NCBI RefSeq assembly: GCF_009914755.1
Contig: NC_060932.1
DNA from: the human T2T-CHM13v2.0 reference genome, Homo sapiens
Strand: one strand, 5' to 3'
Length of the DNA: 64,000 nt
Part shown: positions 13,000-30,759 of the stretch, in pieces
Layout of the letters: each line of letters begins with the position of its first letter
How positions within the stretch are numbered: the first letter of the stretch is position 1
The notes under the pieces: model-generated
Told to the model about the DNA's origin: nothing
Databases searched by the model: none
The model's input: the letters and a program-made list of their open reading frames with translations, nothing else
Position numbers and translations under genes: made by a program

Positions 13000-13205
13000 A
13001 TTTTTTGGAGACAGGGTCGTGCTCTGTTGCCCAGGCTGCAGTGCAGTGGCTCTTCACAGGCAAGATCATAAATCACTGTAACCTGGGCTCCTGGGCTTGA
13101 GTGATCCTCCTGTTTCAGCCTCCTGAGTAGGTAGAACTAGAGGTGCATGCCACCATGCCTGGCTAATTTTTTTTAGCAACAGGATCTCACTATGTTGCCC
13201 AGGCT
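13000..13205 (-). mobile_element. Very old Alu (FAM/AluJr-like arm plus part of a left arm)
   Basis: Minus strand has GCCTGTGAAGAGCCACTGCAC, matching the 7SL/FAM segment GCCTGTGAATAGCCACTGCAC that typical Alu right arms lack. Confidence 0.75.
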
Positions 13206-13209
13206 CTGA

Positions 13210-13516
13210 TGTTTTATATTTATTTATTTCTATTTGAGACAGAGTCTCCTGTCACCCAGGCTGGAGTGCAGTGGAAAGACCACTGTTCATCACAGCCTTA
13301 ACCTCTCAGGCTCAATTAATCCTCCCACTTCAGCCTCTTGAGTAGCTGAGATGACAGGCACACACCACCACCACACCCAGCTAATTTTTGTATTTTTTGT
13401 AGAGACAGGGTTTTGCCGTGTTGCCTAGGCTGTTCTCAAACTCCTGGGCTCAAGCAATCCACGCTCCTCGGTCTCCCAACGTGCCGGGATTACAGGCGTG
13501 AACCACCACACCTGGC
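13210..13516 (-). mobile_element. AluJ element
   Basis: Antisense dimer with ctcctgggctcaagcaatcc. Confidence 0.9.
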
Positions 13517-13825
13517 TTCAGATACTTTAAATGAAGACTTCTAAGCAAATGAAGCATGGGCAGAATTTTGTTCTGTGGCAACTTTCATGATCAGCCTATG
13601 AGAAGACATCATGGGCAAGGTGTGACTAGTAGGGAATGTACCTTTTACACAAGCACTAGAACTTATGTGGCCAATATGTAAGTTCTTCTTGGGAGGCCAC
13701 ATTTATTTCTTGGAGTCTTCTTGGGAGGCTACATCTCTTCCAAGGATGCAGCTGTTAGCCCCAATATTTTTTTTATCTTCTCTTGGCACTTTCCTTCACA
13801 TCTCCTCAGTTGTGCCATATCATCA

Positions 13826-14209
<384 letters not shown>

Positions 14210-14235
14210 TGATTCAGCTGAAGTTTTTCTTTTAA

Positions 14236-15843
<1,608 letters not shown>

Positions 15844-15849
15844 GGTTTA

Positions 15850-16220
<371 letters not shown>

Positions 16221-16560
16221 CAATAAAATCATGAGACCACATTTTTGAGGAAACTCAACAGCTAGCTTGAGGACAAATACTGGAGGGGTTCTAGAAGACT
16301 TTTGAGCAATACAGTGTAAAATAGGAGTATGTTCTCCCCACGTGAGTACAGAAAGCAAGAACAGTCATTGAATGAATCAACTGATATATTTATTTAAAAT
16401 CTAGTCTTCTTCCTTCAGACAGATACCTGACATGGGTTGCACTAACAACTTTATGTATTATGCTGGAGAACCCCATGTCTGCAGCTCACAAACATAATAT
16501 ACAAATGCACTAACATGAGACTGAAAATAAGTGCCGTACGTCAAAAACAAATGGAAACCT

Positions 16561-16863
16561 GGCCAGGCACGGTGGCGCAAGTCTGTCTGTAATCCCAGCT
16601 CTTGGGAGTCCAAGGTGGGCAGGCAGATCACTTGATGCCAGGAGTTCGAGACCAGCCTGACTAACCTGGTGAAACCCCATCTCTACTAAAAATACAAAAA
16701 TTATCCGGGCATCATGGCGGGTGCCTGTGATCCTGAGCACAGCTGCTCAGGAGAGTGAGGCAGGAGAATCGCTATAGCCTGAGAGGTGGAGGTTGCAGTG
16801 AGCAGAGATCAGGACACTGCACTCCAGCCTGAGTGACAGAGTGAGACTCTTTCTCAAAAAAAA
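16561..16863 (+). mobile_element. AluS element
   Basis: Dimer; TSD ggaaacct. Confidence 0.93.
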
Positions 16864-16883
16864 GGAAACCTAATCTCAATTAA

Positions 16884-17354
<471 letters not shown>

Positions 17355-17681
17355 TAAGATGCTTAATATGTAAGGGAGGTAATAAATGTCAGTACGTAAT
17401 AAATCTGAGATAAATTTAGCAAAAAAAATTTCTCTTCTAAAAAGAAGCTGCTCCTTACTATAGTCTAGAGAGGGTCCCAGTGAAGGAGTCAGCAATTCTG
17501 ACAAATCCAGGATTCTGGCCTCACCCTGTCATTAAGCAACTATGGGTTTCCAGGCAGGTGCCACAATCAACCCAGCCCCTGAAAGTTCCTGTCCAGCTCT
17601 CAATGCATGTAACAGTTTCTTATCTCTCACCTGTGCTGCAGAATTCCCTTTCTAAGCACTGCAATGAGCACCTTTAGTCCC

Positions 17682-18046
17682 TGTATTAGTTAATGTTCAT
17701 ACTGGCAGGAAGAAACACCCAAGACTTGGTAATTTATAAAGAAAAAGAGATTTAATGGACTCACAGTTCCACATGGCTGGGGAGGTCTCACAGTCTCATA
17801 GCTGAAGGCAAAAAAGGAGCAAAGGCACTTCTTACATGGCAGCAGACAAGAGAGCATGTGCAGGAGAACTGCCCTTTATAAAACCATCAGCTCTCATGAG
17901 ACTTATTCACTGTCTCAAGAACAGCATGGGAAAAACTGCCCCCCTGATTCAATTACCTCCCACTGGGTCCCTCCCATGACATGTGGTGATTATGGGAACT
18001 ATGATTCAAGATGAGATTTGGGTGGGGACACAGCCAAACCGTATCA
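17682..18046 (-). mobile_element. THE1 (C/D-like) solo LTR
   Basis: tgtattagt...ctcacagttccacatggctggggag...gagatttgggtggggacacagccaaaccgtatca; 5-bp TSD gtccc/gtcct. Confidence 0.92.
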
Positions 18047-19268
18047 GTCCTAATTTCATTATGGAACTGAAATATGTCATTTATTTCTACATAAAGAAAT
18101 ACCTTAAAAGTTATTTACTTTAGTTATCCTTCACCCATTAAATCATGAGAAAAGATAATAAATGATAAACGTGCTTCATTGTTATAAAATAAATTCTCTT
18201 CCTAGCTAGTTTGTTTTATTTGCTCAATTCAAAATTTGAACCATATAATCAGTATATATTTTTGGTATTTATATGAAATTAGTACTTCATAAATATGAAT
18301 CATGCTATTAACTGTGTATATTGTGATATTCTCTAATAACTGTCATTTGCATACTACGCAACTCTTATCTTCAATAGTCAAAGGACTGAAGAAAATTTTG
18401 GAGAGTGCACTGCACATTTCTGTCTACAGACTATACGATATTACAGCTTGATCTTTAAACACTTGTAAGAAACTGTCTACAGTAAAACATTTCCACCTCC
18501 ATCAAGCTAACAAACTCCAGGAGAAACTCATTTTAAAAACCCCATGGAGTAGAAAGAAGATTATGAGGTTGTTTTACTTCAAACAGAATAAAGACATTTT
18601 TAAGAAGTTTTCAAGTTTGGACATCTTTCCCCCATCAGATTACTTCTTTTTTCTGTAAAAATAGGGGGAAACAATGATAAGTTTTTATTTAAATATGCAA
18701 AAGCGAAAAGATAATGTAATAAGGGTTATAACTGCTATTTATAAAACATTTGAGATAATAAGTGATGCGGATCTCTTAGGAAAGCAAAGAAATAGTGCAT
18801 CATTTTGCTATGTCTCTTTGGTTGGTGTTTTTAATACTTGGGTTTTAAGGGGGTTGGCTCTGACAGTGGCTGTTCAATGTGTAAAGCTCCTTAACACCAG
18901 TCCCATAACAGATCACACTTCCTGGAAGGGGTAAAGCTATTTAAGAACATGCGTCTTGCAGAGGGATTCATGGAACCTGTCTTCTGAAATGATATCCAGC
19001 TTTAACCATGGTAGTTTCTTCTGGAGGCATAAAACCATGATTTTCTTCTTTCTCAGTAATTCATGCTAAACCAAGAAGCCATTTGGGAATAGAAAAAGTC
19101 AAGAGTGTTTATGGTTTTGTTCAGATGAGGAATCAACAATCAGGAAAATGAAGAGAGTTAACAGCAAACTGATTTTTAATACTTCTCTGGTGGACTTCCC
19201 TTGTACAGTTTGATTTCCCACTATTTCCCCCAAGTAAATGCTTGTGCTCTGGGCATGCTGATCTGTCC

Positions 19269-19460
19269 ACAGCAGTTCACAAAGTGTGAGTTTCCAGACC
19301 AGGTGCACCAGCATCACTAGGGAGCTTGCCAGAATGCAACTCATCACACCTCATACCAGACCTACTAAATCAGAAAGTCTGCTGTGGAGCTCAGGGACAT
19401 GTATGTTATTAACGAGTTCTCTGGATGAGTCTGATGCACGCTGAAGCTGGAGAACCACTA
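19269..19460. mobile_element. MER5A (hAT-Charlie MITE)
   Basis: cagcatcactagggagcttg...cagacctactaaatcagaa...ctgatgcacgctgaagctggagaaccact. Confidence 0.82.
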
Positions 19461-19775
19461 GTCTGCAGCATGTGGCCTGCCTTATTCTCAATTCATTCAC
19501 TTTCTCCTTTGTTTTAATGACTTTCCTTCAGCCCTAAGCATCTAACTAAAGATCACCCCCCTCAAATCTGGTCTTGCTATTTCACCAAACTTTGACAACT
19601 CCTTACTTGAAATCATATTTATCATCACCTACATACCACAATTAAATGTTACCTAGGTCTGCAGTGATTTAAGGTCATACATGTCTTACATTGTTCTCTA
19701 AGTTATTTCTATCCTGTGTTTGTTTTATCACTTCAATTCAAATGAAGGCCTCTTGAAGGCAGGACCTATGTCTTA

Positions 19776-20486
<711 letters not shown>

Positions 20487-22779
20487 TACATTATTTTACT
20501 TCCCACAGCGTCTATCAGTGCTTAAGCTACAGTAAGTCCTATGAAAATGCCCACATTTTTGTTGCTTTTGTTCCCTCTCCTAAATGCTTCTTTCTTCTTT
20601 CTGCCAACTTCTATATATCCAAATTCCACCTATTTTTCAAGTTTCAGCTCAAATGGCAATTTCTCTGATCAGGCTTATTCTCTATAAAGAAATATTTTTC
20701 TTGCTTGGAAAAACCATAGAATTTAATGATATCTTTTCATTTTTCTGCTTCATACTACAGTCATTTGTACATGTATTATCTCTCTCATCACTGAAAATGG
20801 AAATAATTGTTCTAACCCACTGCTTTTTTTTTTTAAAGGAAGAAAATAATTTTAGAATGCCTCAGGGTATGGGAGTATAATTAGTTTATTTTCCCTAATA
20901 TTTTTGCCTCGGATTTTTTGGAATTCGTCTATTTACACAGGAAGTAACTCTCACGTTTCAGAGAGATAGTCTTTTTCCTAGGTACACTGAGGGTCTGGAA
21001 CAGGATCTGTGTGCTGGAGACAATTGTTACAATTTGTGTGGTCTAATGAGTGGTCTCAGAAGATTAGACATAAAGTAACGGGAATCTGCAGGAAATCGAG
21101 CCACAAGGAAACCAGGGCAACTTTAAGTCACATTGGTAAAAAAGAAAAGAGCCTCACCCCAGGGTAAGGACCAGTAGCAGAAGGCTTAATTGTTACCATG
21201 TCATGGTGTGAACCCACTGGTGCAGCTGCCTGGGCTAATGGGAACCTGATGCAGCCAGCTTCCCGAAACACACCAGTTCCGACTTCAAACACTGCAGCCC
21301 AGTCTTTAGGAGGGAGCAGACTGGATTCACAGTCACAGGTTTATTTCTTCAACAAAGGAGATACCTCCCCGCCTCCATCCCTATCAGCTACAACAGGCTG
21401 CACCAGGACCCAAGCAGGACTCTGAAATGACCCCTCCTGTTTTGCCCACTTAATACTTAATTCTAACCTCCTCCCTCGGTATTCTGCATAAAAGTCTTCT
21501 GGACTTAGCAACCTCTAAGAGCCCCTGGCTTTCTGAGCTTGCAGACTCAGGAGTGAGAGAAAACTCACAGGTCATTTGGCAGCATATCCCACTTGGCCGT
21601 CTGGGAATGCATCCCAGGTCTACATATGTGTGTCATGAAATCAGGTATTGAGAATTCATCACGGATGAGCATGGACAATGCCAGGACGGAGGGTCCATGG
21701 GTGAGCCAAAACCTTCCAGGTCTGGCTCTCCTGTTCCTACCTGCATCTTTCACTACTATTTTACCACCAGCTCTTGACAAGAAAATGCCAAAGTAGCAGG
21801 CAATGAATCCCTCAGCTTATGTGCCTGGAAAACGGTTTCCAGTCCCTGGTATTTGAGATCAGCTCAAGGCCTGGGGCAGGCCAGCATCGCCCCAGGGCTC
21901 CTCTCTGAAAAGGAGGGGTGTTCTGGAACTTAGAGCTTCCTGAGCTCTTTACTCCTACTCCAATCCCCAGAGACAGGCTCGGTGTTTTTCCTCTGCTGAG
22001 ATTTCTCAAGTTCCCTTTTTTACATCGCTTATCGACATGTAAACTCCACACTAGGGTGAAAAGGTAGGTGTTTAAGATAGACGGCAACAGCTGGGATCAA
22101 CTGCCTCTTAAAAGGCTGTCTTGATGAAATGCATCTCTTTATATTTGGGGCATTTGTAAGCAGAATGGGAATGAAACTTGAGAAGATTATGTGATAAGCA
22201 GACCATATCCTGTCAAGAGCGGGAGTGTTTCTCTAATAACACAAAGATGAGCTTCTAGATAGCCCACCAGATAGCCAGCCGTCTTCCGCCCAGCGTCTCC
22301 CATCATAAATCTTCATTCTTACTCAGGTTTTCTGTAGATTTTTAAGGCTAGAGCTCATTTCCCTGGAGAGACAGGCCTAAGGAAAGATCTGGAATTCCTC
22401 CAGTTAAAAAAAAAAACACCATTCTGCTTAATCAACATTTACTCCATCAGAATCAATATCCTGCAGAGGGTGGTTTACATTGTTCTCAAGTCTGTTTGCA
22501 GGTGGCTGAGCAAAGATACAGTTCCTGACCTGGATTTTCTGAAAAGGAAAAGAAAATATTCCTCAGAATAGAAAAAAAAAAAAAAAAAAACCCAACCGAA
22601 CTCCACTTTTTACACATAAGCTTCCTTTTGTGAGATATTCTGCCTAGGGTTGCACTCCTAACAAATTTCAGTAAGCTGATCTAGTTCAAGAACATCTTTT
22701 TTCCTAGAATTACCTGTTATTTTTCACTAAAAGGGCTCAATCATTTACCAAGCATTTGTTAAGTTATTGGTCCTCTTGG

Positions 22780-23170
22780 AATCTTAATTTCTCTATCCCT
22801 GATAATAGTACCTGACCTGTAGTTTCTAAATGAAATCGTATGTGTAAAATTACCTAGCCTGTGTTGGACATTCAAGAATAAGTTTCTCACTTTTCTTGAT
22901 TTATCCATTGAGTGGATAAGAGGAGAATGGGTTTTGGAACTTGAACTAGGTTCAACTTCTTGCTCCTTTACTTTTCACAGGCTGCCTCTAAGGCAAAACC
23001 CTTAGCCTAGTATGTTCCCTGAACTCCAGTCTCCTCATCTGTAAAAGTAGGATAGTAATAGTTTTCTTCATTTCAGAGAGGGCTAAAGAGAACCAAATGA
23101 ACAAATATAAACTTTGTAGGAGGCATTTGAAATTGTAAAGCACATAAAACTTGTTAGTTATAATCATTAA
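22780..23170 (+). mobile_element. MIR fragments
   Basis: cagtctcctcatctgtaaaagtaggatagtaatag and related MIR core segments. Confidence 0.65.
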
Positions 23171-23197
23171 CACTCTTCACAATGGAATAAAATGCAC

Positions 23198-23277
23198 CAA
23201 ATACTATTATACTTAACCACAAATATACTTAAGAAATCAAATACCATTATACTTAACCACAAATATACTTAAGAAAT
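23198..23277. repeat. 40-bp tandem duplication
   Basis: caaatac(t/c)attatacttaaccacaaatatacttaagaaat twice, one mismatch. Confidence 0.95.
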
Positions 23278-24289
23278 TAAAAATCAATTGTTTCTTAATT
23301 TATAGAAACCATTTATGATGCATCTTGTTCTAGTTTTGCTAGATTCCTTAAGATTTTGACTCTTTTGGAGGAAGGCTTTTGTAGAGGGGCTGCACCACAT
23401 GAAATGTTCAAAACACATACTCTTTGAGCTACAAGGAAGAACCCCAGAAAATAAAGGTCTCTTGAAGTCAAATATATGGATACTCAAATAATTTAAGAAA
23501 CTCCGAGTAGACTATTTGTGTTCATGGTGCTCATCTTTCCCTGTTTGAGCTCCCCTTGCTTCCTGAGCAGGATCACGCGCCCTGGGACCCAGTGTAGGTG
23601 GAACAGCTGGGGATCCTCCCAGCCTCCCGATGTCACAGCTTATCAGTGTTGACGGACAGAGCACACAAGGCCTTTCCTGCCTTGCTGACCAAACAAAAGA
23701 CACACTTCTCTGTTTCCACCATGCTCTTTTCTTCTTGAAAAGGAAAGAGAAACTTTGTTTATGACACTGAAATATATAGGAAGCAATCGATGCATTAATG
23801 TCACTGGGCAAATTCCATCACTGGATGTCAGTGTGACCTAATTCCATTACCTACCTAGTTCTTGGGAACTCCAAAGTCCAAGGCAGGCAACTGTTGATCA
23901 TCTGCAGAAGAAACGCCATAGATCTTATGAAAATCATAGACACTCAAGACCCTCGTTTTTGTTTATTTTAACTGGAAGGGTAGGAAGCTGGAACCATCTG
24001 TGAATTAGAGAATGTACATATTAGATAAAGCAACTACACATGCTACAAATGGAACACACGCATACACACACACACACACCACAATCCATCGGTTGTAAAT
24101 TTGAAAGTAATAAGTTAATCTTATGTAAATTTTGGTTTGGGGTTGACCATTTCACAGATTTCCAAATATATATATGTGACAAGGTTTTAGTGGAATCTCG
24201 TTTTTCTTAGTTTACATCTCAAAAGTAAAGCTAAGCATAACCCTGAAGAAGTCTGAATTCACTTCCATATAATTAATAGATAAAAATCA

Positions 24290-25560
24290 GTGAATTCATT
24301 TGTTGTTTCTTCCATAAATATTCAGTGAGTGCTTACTGTGTACCAGGCACTGGGCTTGGTACTGAATTTACATTGATGAATAAAACCAATACGGTTCCTA
24401 CCCTCTATGTTGGCTTTCTGTATTAAACAGTGTGTGCAGCTTCATTCCCTGTGGTCTAAGGAAGGAGAGAATGGCACGAGAAAACTGTCTCCACAGTCAT
24501 GGTAACCTCTAACCTGAGCCAATGGGTAGGAAACAGTCGCCTTTGTCAGTTGGCAAGGCAAACCTGAGGCCATCAGGGCATTCTGGCATAGCCACGAATA
24601 GCACACGCTCTGGAGTCAATCTGTCTGGGTTGAATCCGGACTTCTCCACTCTCTAGCTGTGTGCTCTTGGGCAAAATACTTGATCTCCCTGTGAATCTGA
24701 AAAACAGTAGTAATATTTATATACACCTCATAAGGCTGTTGCCATGATTAACTAAGTGAAAACACATAAATCCATTAGAACAGTGCCTGGAAAATAGCAG
24801 GTGTTCAATAAATGTTAGCAATTGTTATTCTTATCTGACCTTATCTTCCATCATAGCTCTGCACACAGCCTGGAGTCCAAGCAGGGTTACTTCCCTTCTT
24901 GGCCTCTGCCACAATTTCCCCTGCCTACTTCTCCTCTCTACCCCGACACCCATGCTTTCACACATGGTGTGAGAGCCTGGACAGCTTTACCATTTCTTTT
25001 CTTCCTAGCAAACTTTTCTTGTATTCTTAAAGGCTCAGCTCAGGCTGGGTGCAGTGGCTAACGCCTGTAATCCCAACACTTTAGGAAGCCGAGGTGGGTG
25101 GATCATTTGAGGTCAGGAGTTCAAGACCAGGCTGGCCAACATGGTGAACCCTGTCTCTACCAAAAATACAAAAATTAGCTGGGCGGTAGTGGCGCATGAC
25201 TGTAATCCCAATTATTCAGGAGGCTGAGGAGGCAGAGGTTGGGGTGAGCCGAGATGGCACCACTATACCCCAGTCTGGGCAACAGAGTGAGAATCTGTCT
25301 CAAAAAAAAAAAAAAAAAAAAAGAGTTTAAAGGCTCAGCTCAAGCTCCCTTCCTCTAGGAAAATCTCCTTGTCCCTGACTGCCAACAGCCAGGTGTCCCT
25401 CCACTCTGCTCTTCCAAAAGCTGTGCACAGCTCTAACCCTCGATTGCACACTGGACTCTAAGGGCTTACTTGTGTGTTTCCTCTCACCGGATGGGGGCTG
25501 CTATAAGGCCATAGGAGGGGCTCCATCAATGTTTGTTGAATGAATGGATGAATGAGTCAG
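24290..25560. mobile_element. L2 and MIR fragments
   Basis: Antisense L2 end (24290-24410), MIR (24595-24830), sense L2 (24830-25560, ending tgtttgttgaatgaatgg). Confidence 0.7.
25043..25322 (+). mobile_element. AluS with small right-arm deletion
   Basis: 16-bp TSD ttaaaggctcagctca; right arm lacks the caggagaatcgcttgaacccgg segment. Confidence 0.93.
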
Positions 25561-25828
25561 TGGAAGGAAGGAAAGAAGGGAGGGAGTGTCCCTGGAACAA
25601 TCTAATTGGGATACTGAATTGTAATGTGTGGAGCAGGCAGTGAAGAACTCTGAGCCCAGTGATTATTTCCTCTTCCCAAGGCTACCGCTCTCTGCTATTG
25701 GCCTAAAGACATAAGGGCAGACAGAGATTCAGCTAGAAACATGGAGCAGTTAACTTATTTATGACTTTAAAACCCATGAGATCTGACCACACCAGAGGCC
25801 TGCAAGCACCCTTAAGATAGTATCGGCA

Positions 25829-25960
25829 GGCCAGGCACAGTGGCTTACATCTGTAATCTCAACACTTAGGGAGGCTGAGGCTGCAGTGAGCTATGACTGT
25901 GCCACTACACTCCAGTCTAGGCAATAAAGTAAGACCCTGTCTCAAGAAAAAAAAAAAAAA
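25829..25960 (+). mobile_element. Internally collapsed Alu (left-arm 5' end fused to right-arm 3' end)
   Basis: ggccaggcacagtggct...gggaggctgaggctgcagtgagc...gtctc plus A tail; TSD aagatag(t/c)at. Confidence 0.88.
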
Positions 25961-27089
25961 AGATAGCATATGTACCAAACCTCTCTTTAAGCATGTGAAT
26001 ACCTGCATTTCTCAAGAGGTATGTTTATCCATAGTTTTAAGAATATCGAGTCTAGAAAGTCCATAGCGTCCCTTGGTAGTATTTGCTTCAGGATACTACT
26101 CAGCAGAAATGACCTTTCTTAAGCTGCAAATCAAGTCCATGATTACTGTCCTCAGAATTGGTTCATTCTTTCAATCTCTGGTTCACCAAAAGCATTACAT
26201 TTTGATGAACTATTTGCATTTCCAACCAAAAAAATGAATGTTAACTTCCCAATACCAAAGACCCCAGGCACATTAACGTTTACCAAACACACATGCACTG
26301 AGGGGGCTGGGGTAGGAGGGGGATGTTATGTTTGGATATCTTTTGGATCACAGTGCTGAAAAAAATCACAGACAGACTCATTCATTGAGATCTCTGAAAG
26401 GGGTAGGTGTAATGTTCATCGGGTAAAACTTTGAACTAGTAAGAGCTTTTAATTTCCCCAATCTGAATAGGAACAATTAAACATTAGAAAAACAAACTAT
26501 AGTTTTTCAAGTTTCAAAAACAATATCTCCATATCCTTGTCTTATTTTCGCTCTCATCTTTCTTAGTCTTCTGCATAAGACCTACTTTGGGTGTATATTG
26601 AGCAATCCCCATATCTCCATGTCTGGTTGCCAGGGTGAGCCACTTCCATTTTAAGAAATAAGGCTTTCTGATAGCTGTCCTCAAAATAGGTTCATATTTT
26701 TATGCACTAATTTATTAATTATTTATCAGCCTAAGACAAATATTCCATGCACAAAGGGGATAAAATAGGGAGCAAAATCTGCCCTCTGCCCTGGGAAAGT
26801 TTTGGCTAGTTTGTGAGACTACTTGAGGGGGATGATTTGCATGTGTGTACCTAACTTTAACTGACAAGTGTATTTTGAAAATATTCCACAAGAATTGAAT
26901 ATTTTATAAAATTTAATTTTTTACCAAATGACATAGTCATATCCCCTGACATACTATCTGGATACAATAGGCACTTGGTCAAACTTCATTCCTTTTTTTT
27001 TCTACCTTTGAAAATCAAATTGTGTTTAAGATGCATTTAGGGTCTTGATATTTCTGGTAAAGCATCAAATCCCACTGCACTGAGGAGCT

Positions 27090-27330
27090 GACTAATGGAG
27101 AATTTAAGAGCATAGTCTTTGGAGGTAGACTGATCTGGCTTTCAGTGCTGGTTCTCTCTGGCACTTGGTAGAAAAGTAATCCTCAGGAAGGAGCTTAAGC
27201 TCTCTAAACCTTAAGTTCCTCATCTGAAAAATGGGGGAAATAGTACCCATTTCACTGTGTTGTCAGAAGAATTGCTCGAGATAAAGTATATAAATCTCTG
27301 CTCATGTGGGTCCTGCATCAGTGGTAGCTA
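27090..27330 (+). mobile_element. MIR
   Basis: agagcatagtctttggaggtagac...ttcctcatctgaaaaatggggg. Confidence 0.75.
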
Positions 27331-27335
27331 CGCTA

Positions 27336-27661
27336 CTTTTTTTCTTTTCTTTTCCTTTTTTTTTTTGAGACAAGGTCTCACTCTGTCATCTAGACTAGAG
27401 TGCAGTGGCACGATCAGAGCTCACTGCAGCTTCAGCCTCCTTAGGCTCAAGTGATCCTCCCATCTTAGCCTCCTGAGTAGCTGGGACTATAGGTGCACAC
27501 CACCATGCCTGGCTAATTTTTGTTTTGTTTTGTTTTGTTTTTTGTAGAGACAGGGTTTTACCATGTTGCCCAGGCTGGTCTTGAACTCCTGGCCTCAAGC
27601 AATCAGCCACCTCCATCTCCCATGGTGCTGGGATTACAGGTGTGAGCCACCGTGCCCAGCC
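27336..27661 (-). mobile_element. AluJ element
   Basis: Antisense dimer with J diagnostics. Confidence 0.92.
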
Positions 27662-27678
27662 AGTAGCTACTATTTATT

Positions 27679-28000
<322 letters not shown>

Positions 28001-28086
28001 ACCAGTAGCTACTATTTAATGTAAATAATCACCACACCCAACTTCCCAGTTCATCTGCTTTGGGAAATCAACTCATCAACACTGGA

Positions 28087-28525
<439 letters not shown>

Positions 28526-29305
28526 TAACACTGGATTTGTTTAAGGCAAAACATGCCTGTAATTTGCATCCAAACATCAACTCCAGAAAGGGAAACTATG
28601 GGATTCTGTTATCTTTGTTATTGTTTAAGATGTATTATGACAACCACCTTTCCCCCAAGAACCTTCCCTACCTGGCAGAAAGGGGTTTGTACCCACAGGC
28701 CAGTGTACATTCTTCCCAATGTGATGGATGCAAATCTTGCTCTATATCTACCTACCTTTCTTACCCAAGAGGTTTATCAAGCCTGAACCCTGTAAACTCT
28801 TTAAGGTTCTCATTTATGCTCTTTCTTTTCATTAATACGTCCTCCCAGAGCACCACTTTGGGACTACAAATTCTGGGACAGAGGTATTAACAGAATAGAT
28901 CCATCCAAGGGAGAGCCATACGCTAGCCGCAGCATAGCCATGTCAAGCAGTGACCCTGTGGGCATACCCTGCCTGCTCGTGTGTGTCCTCTCCCAGTTAC
29001 TGTTTACGTTGAGTTACATGAGTCAAGCAGCCAGGCTCCATGTGGCAAAGTATACAGTAGACAGCGCATTGTATTTTGCAGAGCCTGTGATTGAGGGAAA
29101 CCAATGCTCCCTCTTAAAATTACCTTTGCAAAATATTTAATATAAAACAGTACTTCTTAAGTCTGGAGGAGTCTTGGAAACTTGAAAATCAGCAGATCTG
29201 TCCAACAGAATACACAGGGCTCTCTTCCTGGGGCTGGAGGAAATATACACAATTTTTACATATAAATTTTTCATCCCATTTCAGAGGACTCAGACTCCCT
29301 GCAGG

Positions 29306-29610
<305 letters not shown>

Positions 29611-30759
29611 CTCCCTGCAGTTTTTCCACACACTCTTTTGGGTATCCACCTAATCTAGGGGAATCTAAAACAGCACCTAAATTCTCATCTCATCCAGATT
29701 CTAGTGGTCTCTTTTTTTCAGTCATGAGAAATCCAATGAAGTGGTGAGCTCCTAAGAATTCAAACATTGAGTCAGATCCCACAGTGTGAACTCTGTCTCT
29801 GCTCTGGGTGTCTCTGTCTGTTACGGGGGGGTGATCATTCATCCTACCAGGAATATCCTGGCAGGTTTCCTCAGGCCCAGGCATTGTACAAAAACTCCAG
29901 AAGCTGCTCAGTCCGAGAAGCGGAGCGCTATGCAGAAAGCCCCCGGCATCGTCACAACATGGGACCTTTAGTGGGCAGTTGTTTGAGGTCATTTTCTCAT
30001 CAGTAGCAGCAGGCTCAAAATGGATGTGCAATGCAAACCAGGAGACTAGGGAGCACCGAGCAGCCTCAGGGGTTGTTTTCTGCCTGGTTCAAGAGAAACT
30101 GCCGTAGAAATTTTTGCCGCCAGCCTGTTGTTGAGTGACAGGAAGAGAAAAAAGGATCATTTGAAGGCTCCCTGATTCAAATGGCGTATACAGAATGCCA
30201 GGCCCTGGCTGCCCTGGAGAAAGCCACTCTGGTGCCAGCTTAGGGAACAAATGTGTTCCCACTGTCTCCTGGAAAGGCTTTCCCCACCCCTGCTGAGGGG
30301 GTGGATTTCAAAGCAGCTGACTTCTTGCCCTTTTTAATAGGACTGCAAGTGTTCCCATTTTAATTCTAAAACTTTCTCCCAATTTTCCACTCCTCCAAGG
30401 CCTCCCAAGAAAAGCTGGTATTCTGGGTCACTGAAATGGCGTCAGGTTATTAAGCAGAGAAAGGGGATTAGAGGAACAGTTCCTAGCAGCAGCAGCGAAC
30501 ACAGTTATGGTATTGAGAGCTTGCGTTGCATGTTAATAAAATGCTATAAAACATCAAACCCTAAAGGTAGCAGTGAAAGCCACGTAAGTCCTTTCCGGAG
30601 TTTGCCTTCTGCAGCTGTGGATCTAAAAGTTCCCTGCCTTTCCTGTACTTTCATAATCACGCTTTTCCTCCTTTAGAGAGACACGCAGCCTCACTCCCAA
30701 ACCATGGTGTGTTTTAAATGCTGACCACCCCATCTTTCCCTGGCACCATGGAGCGTTTC

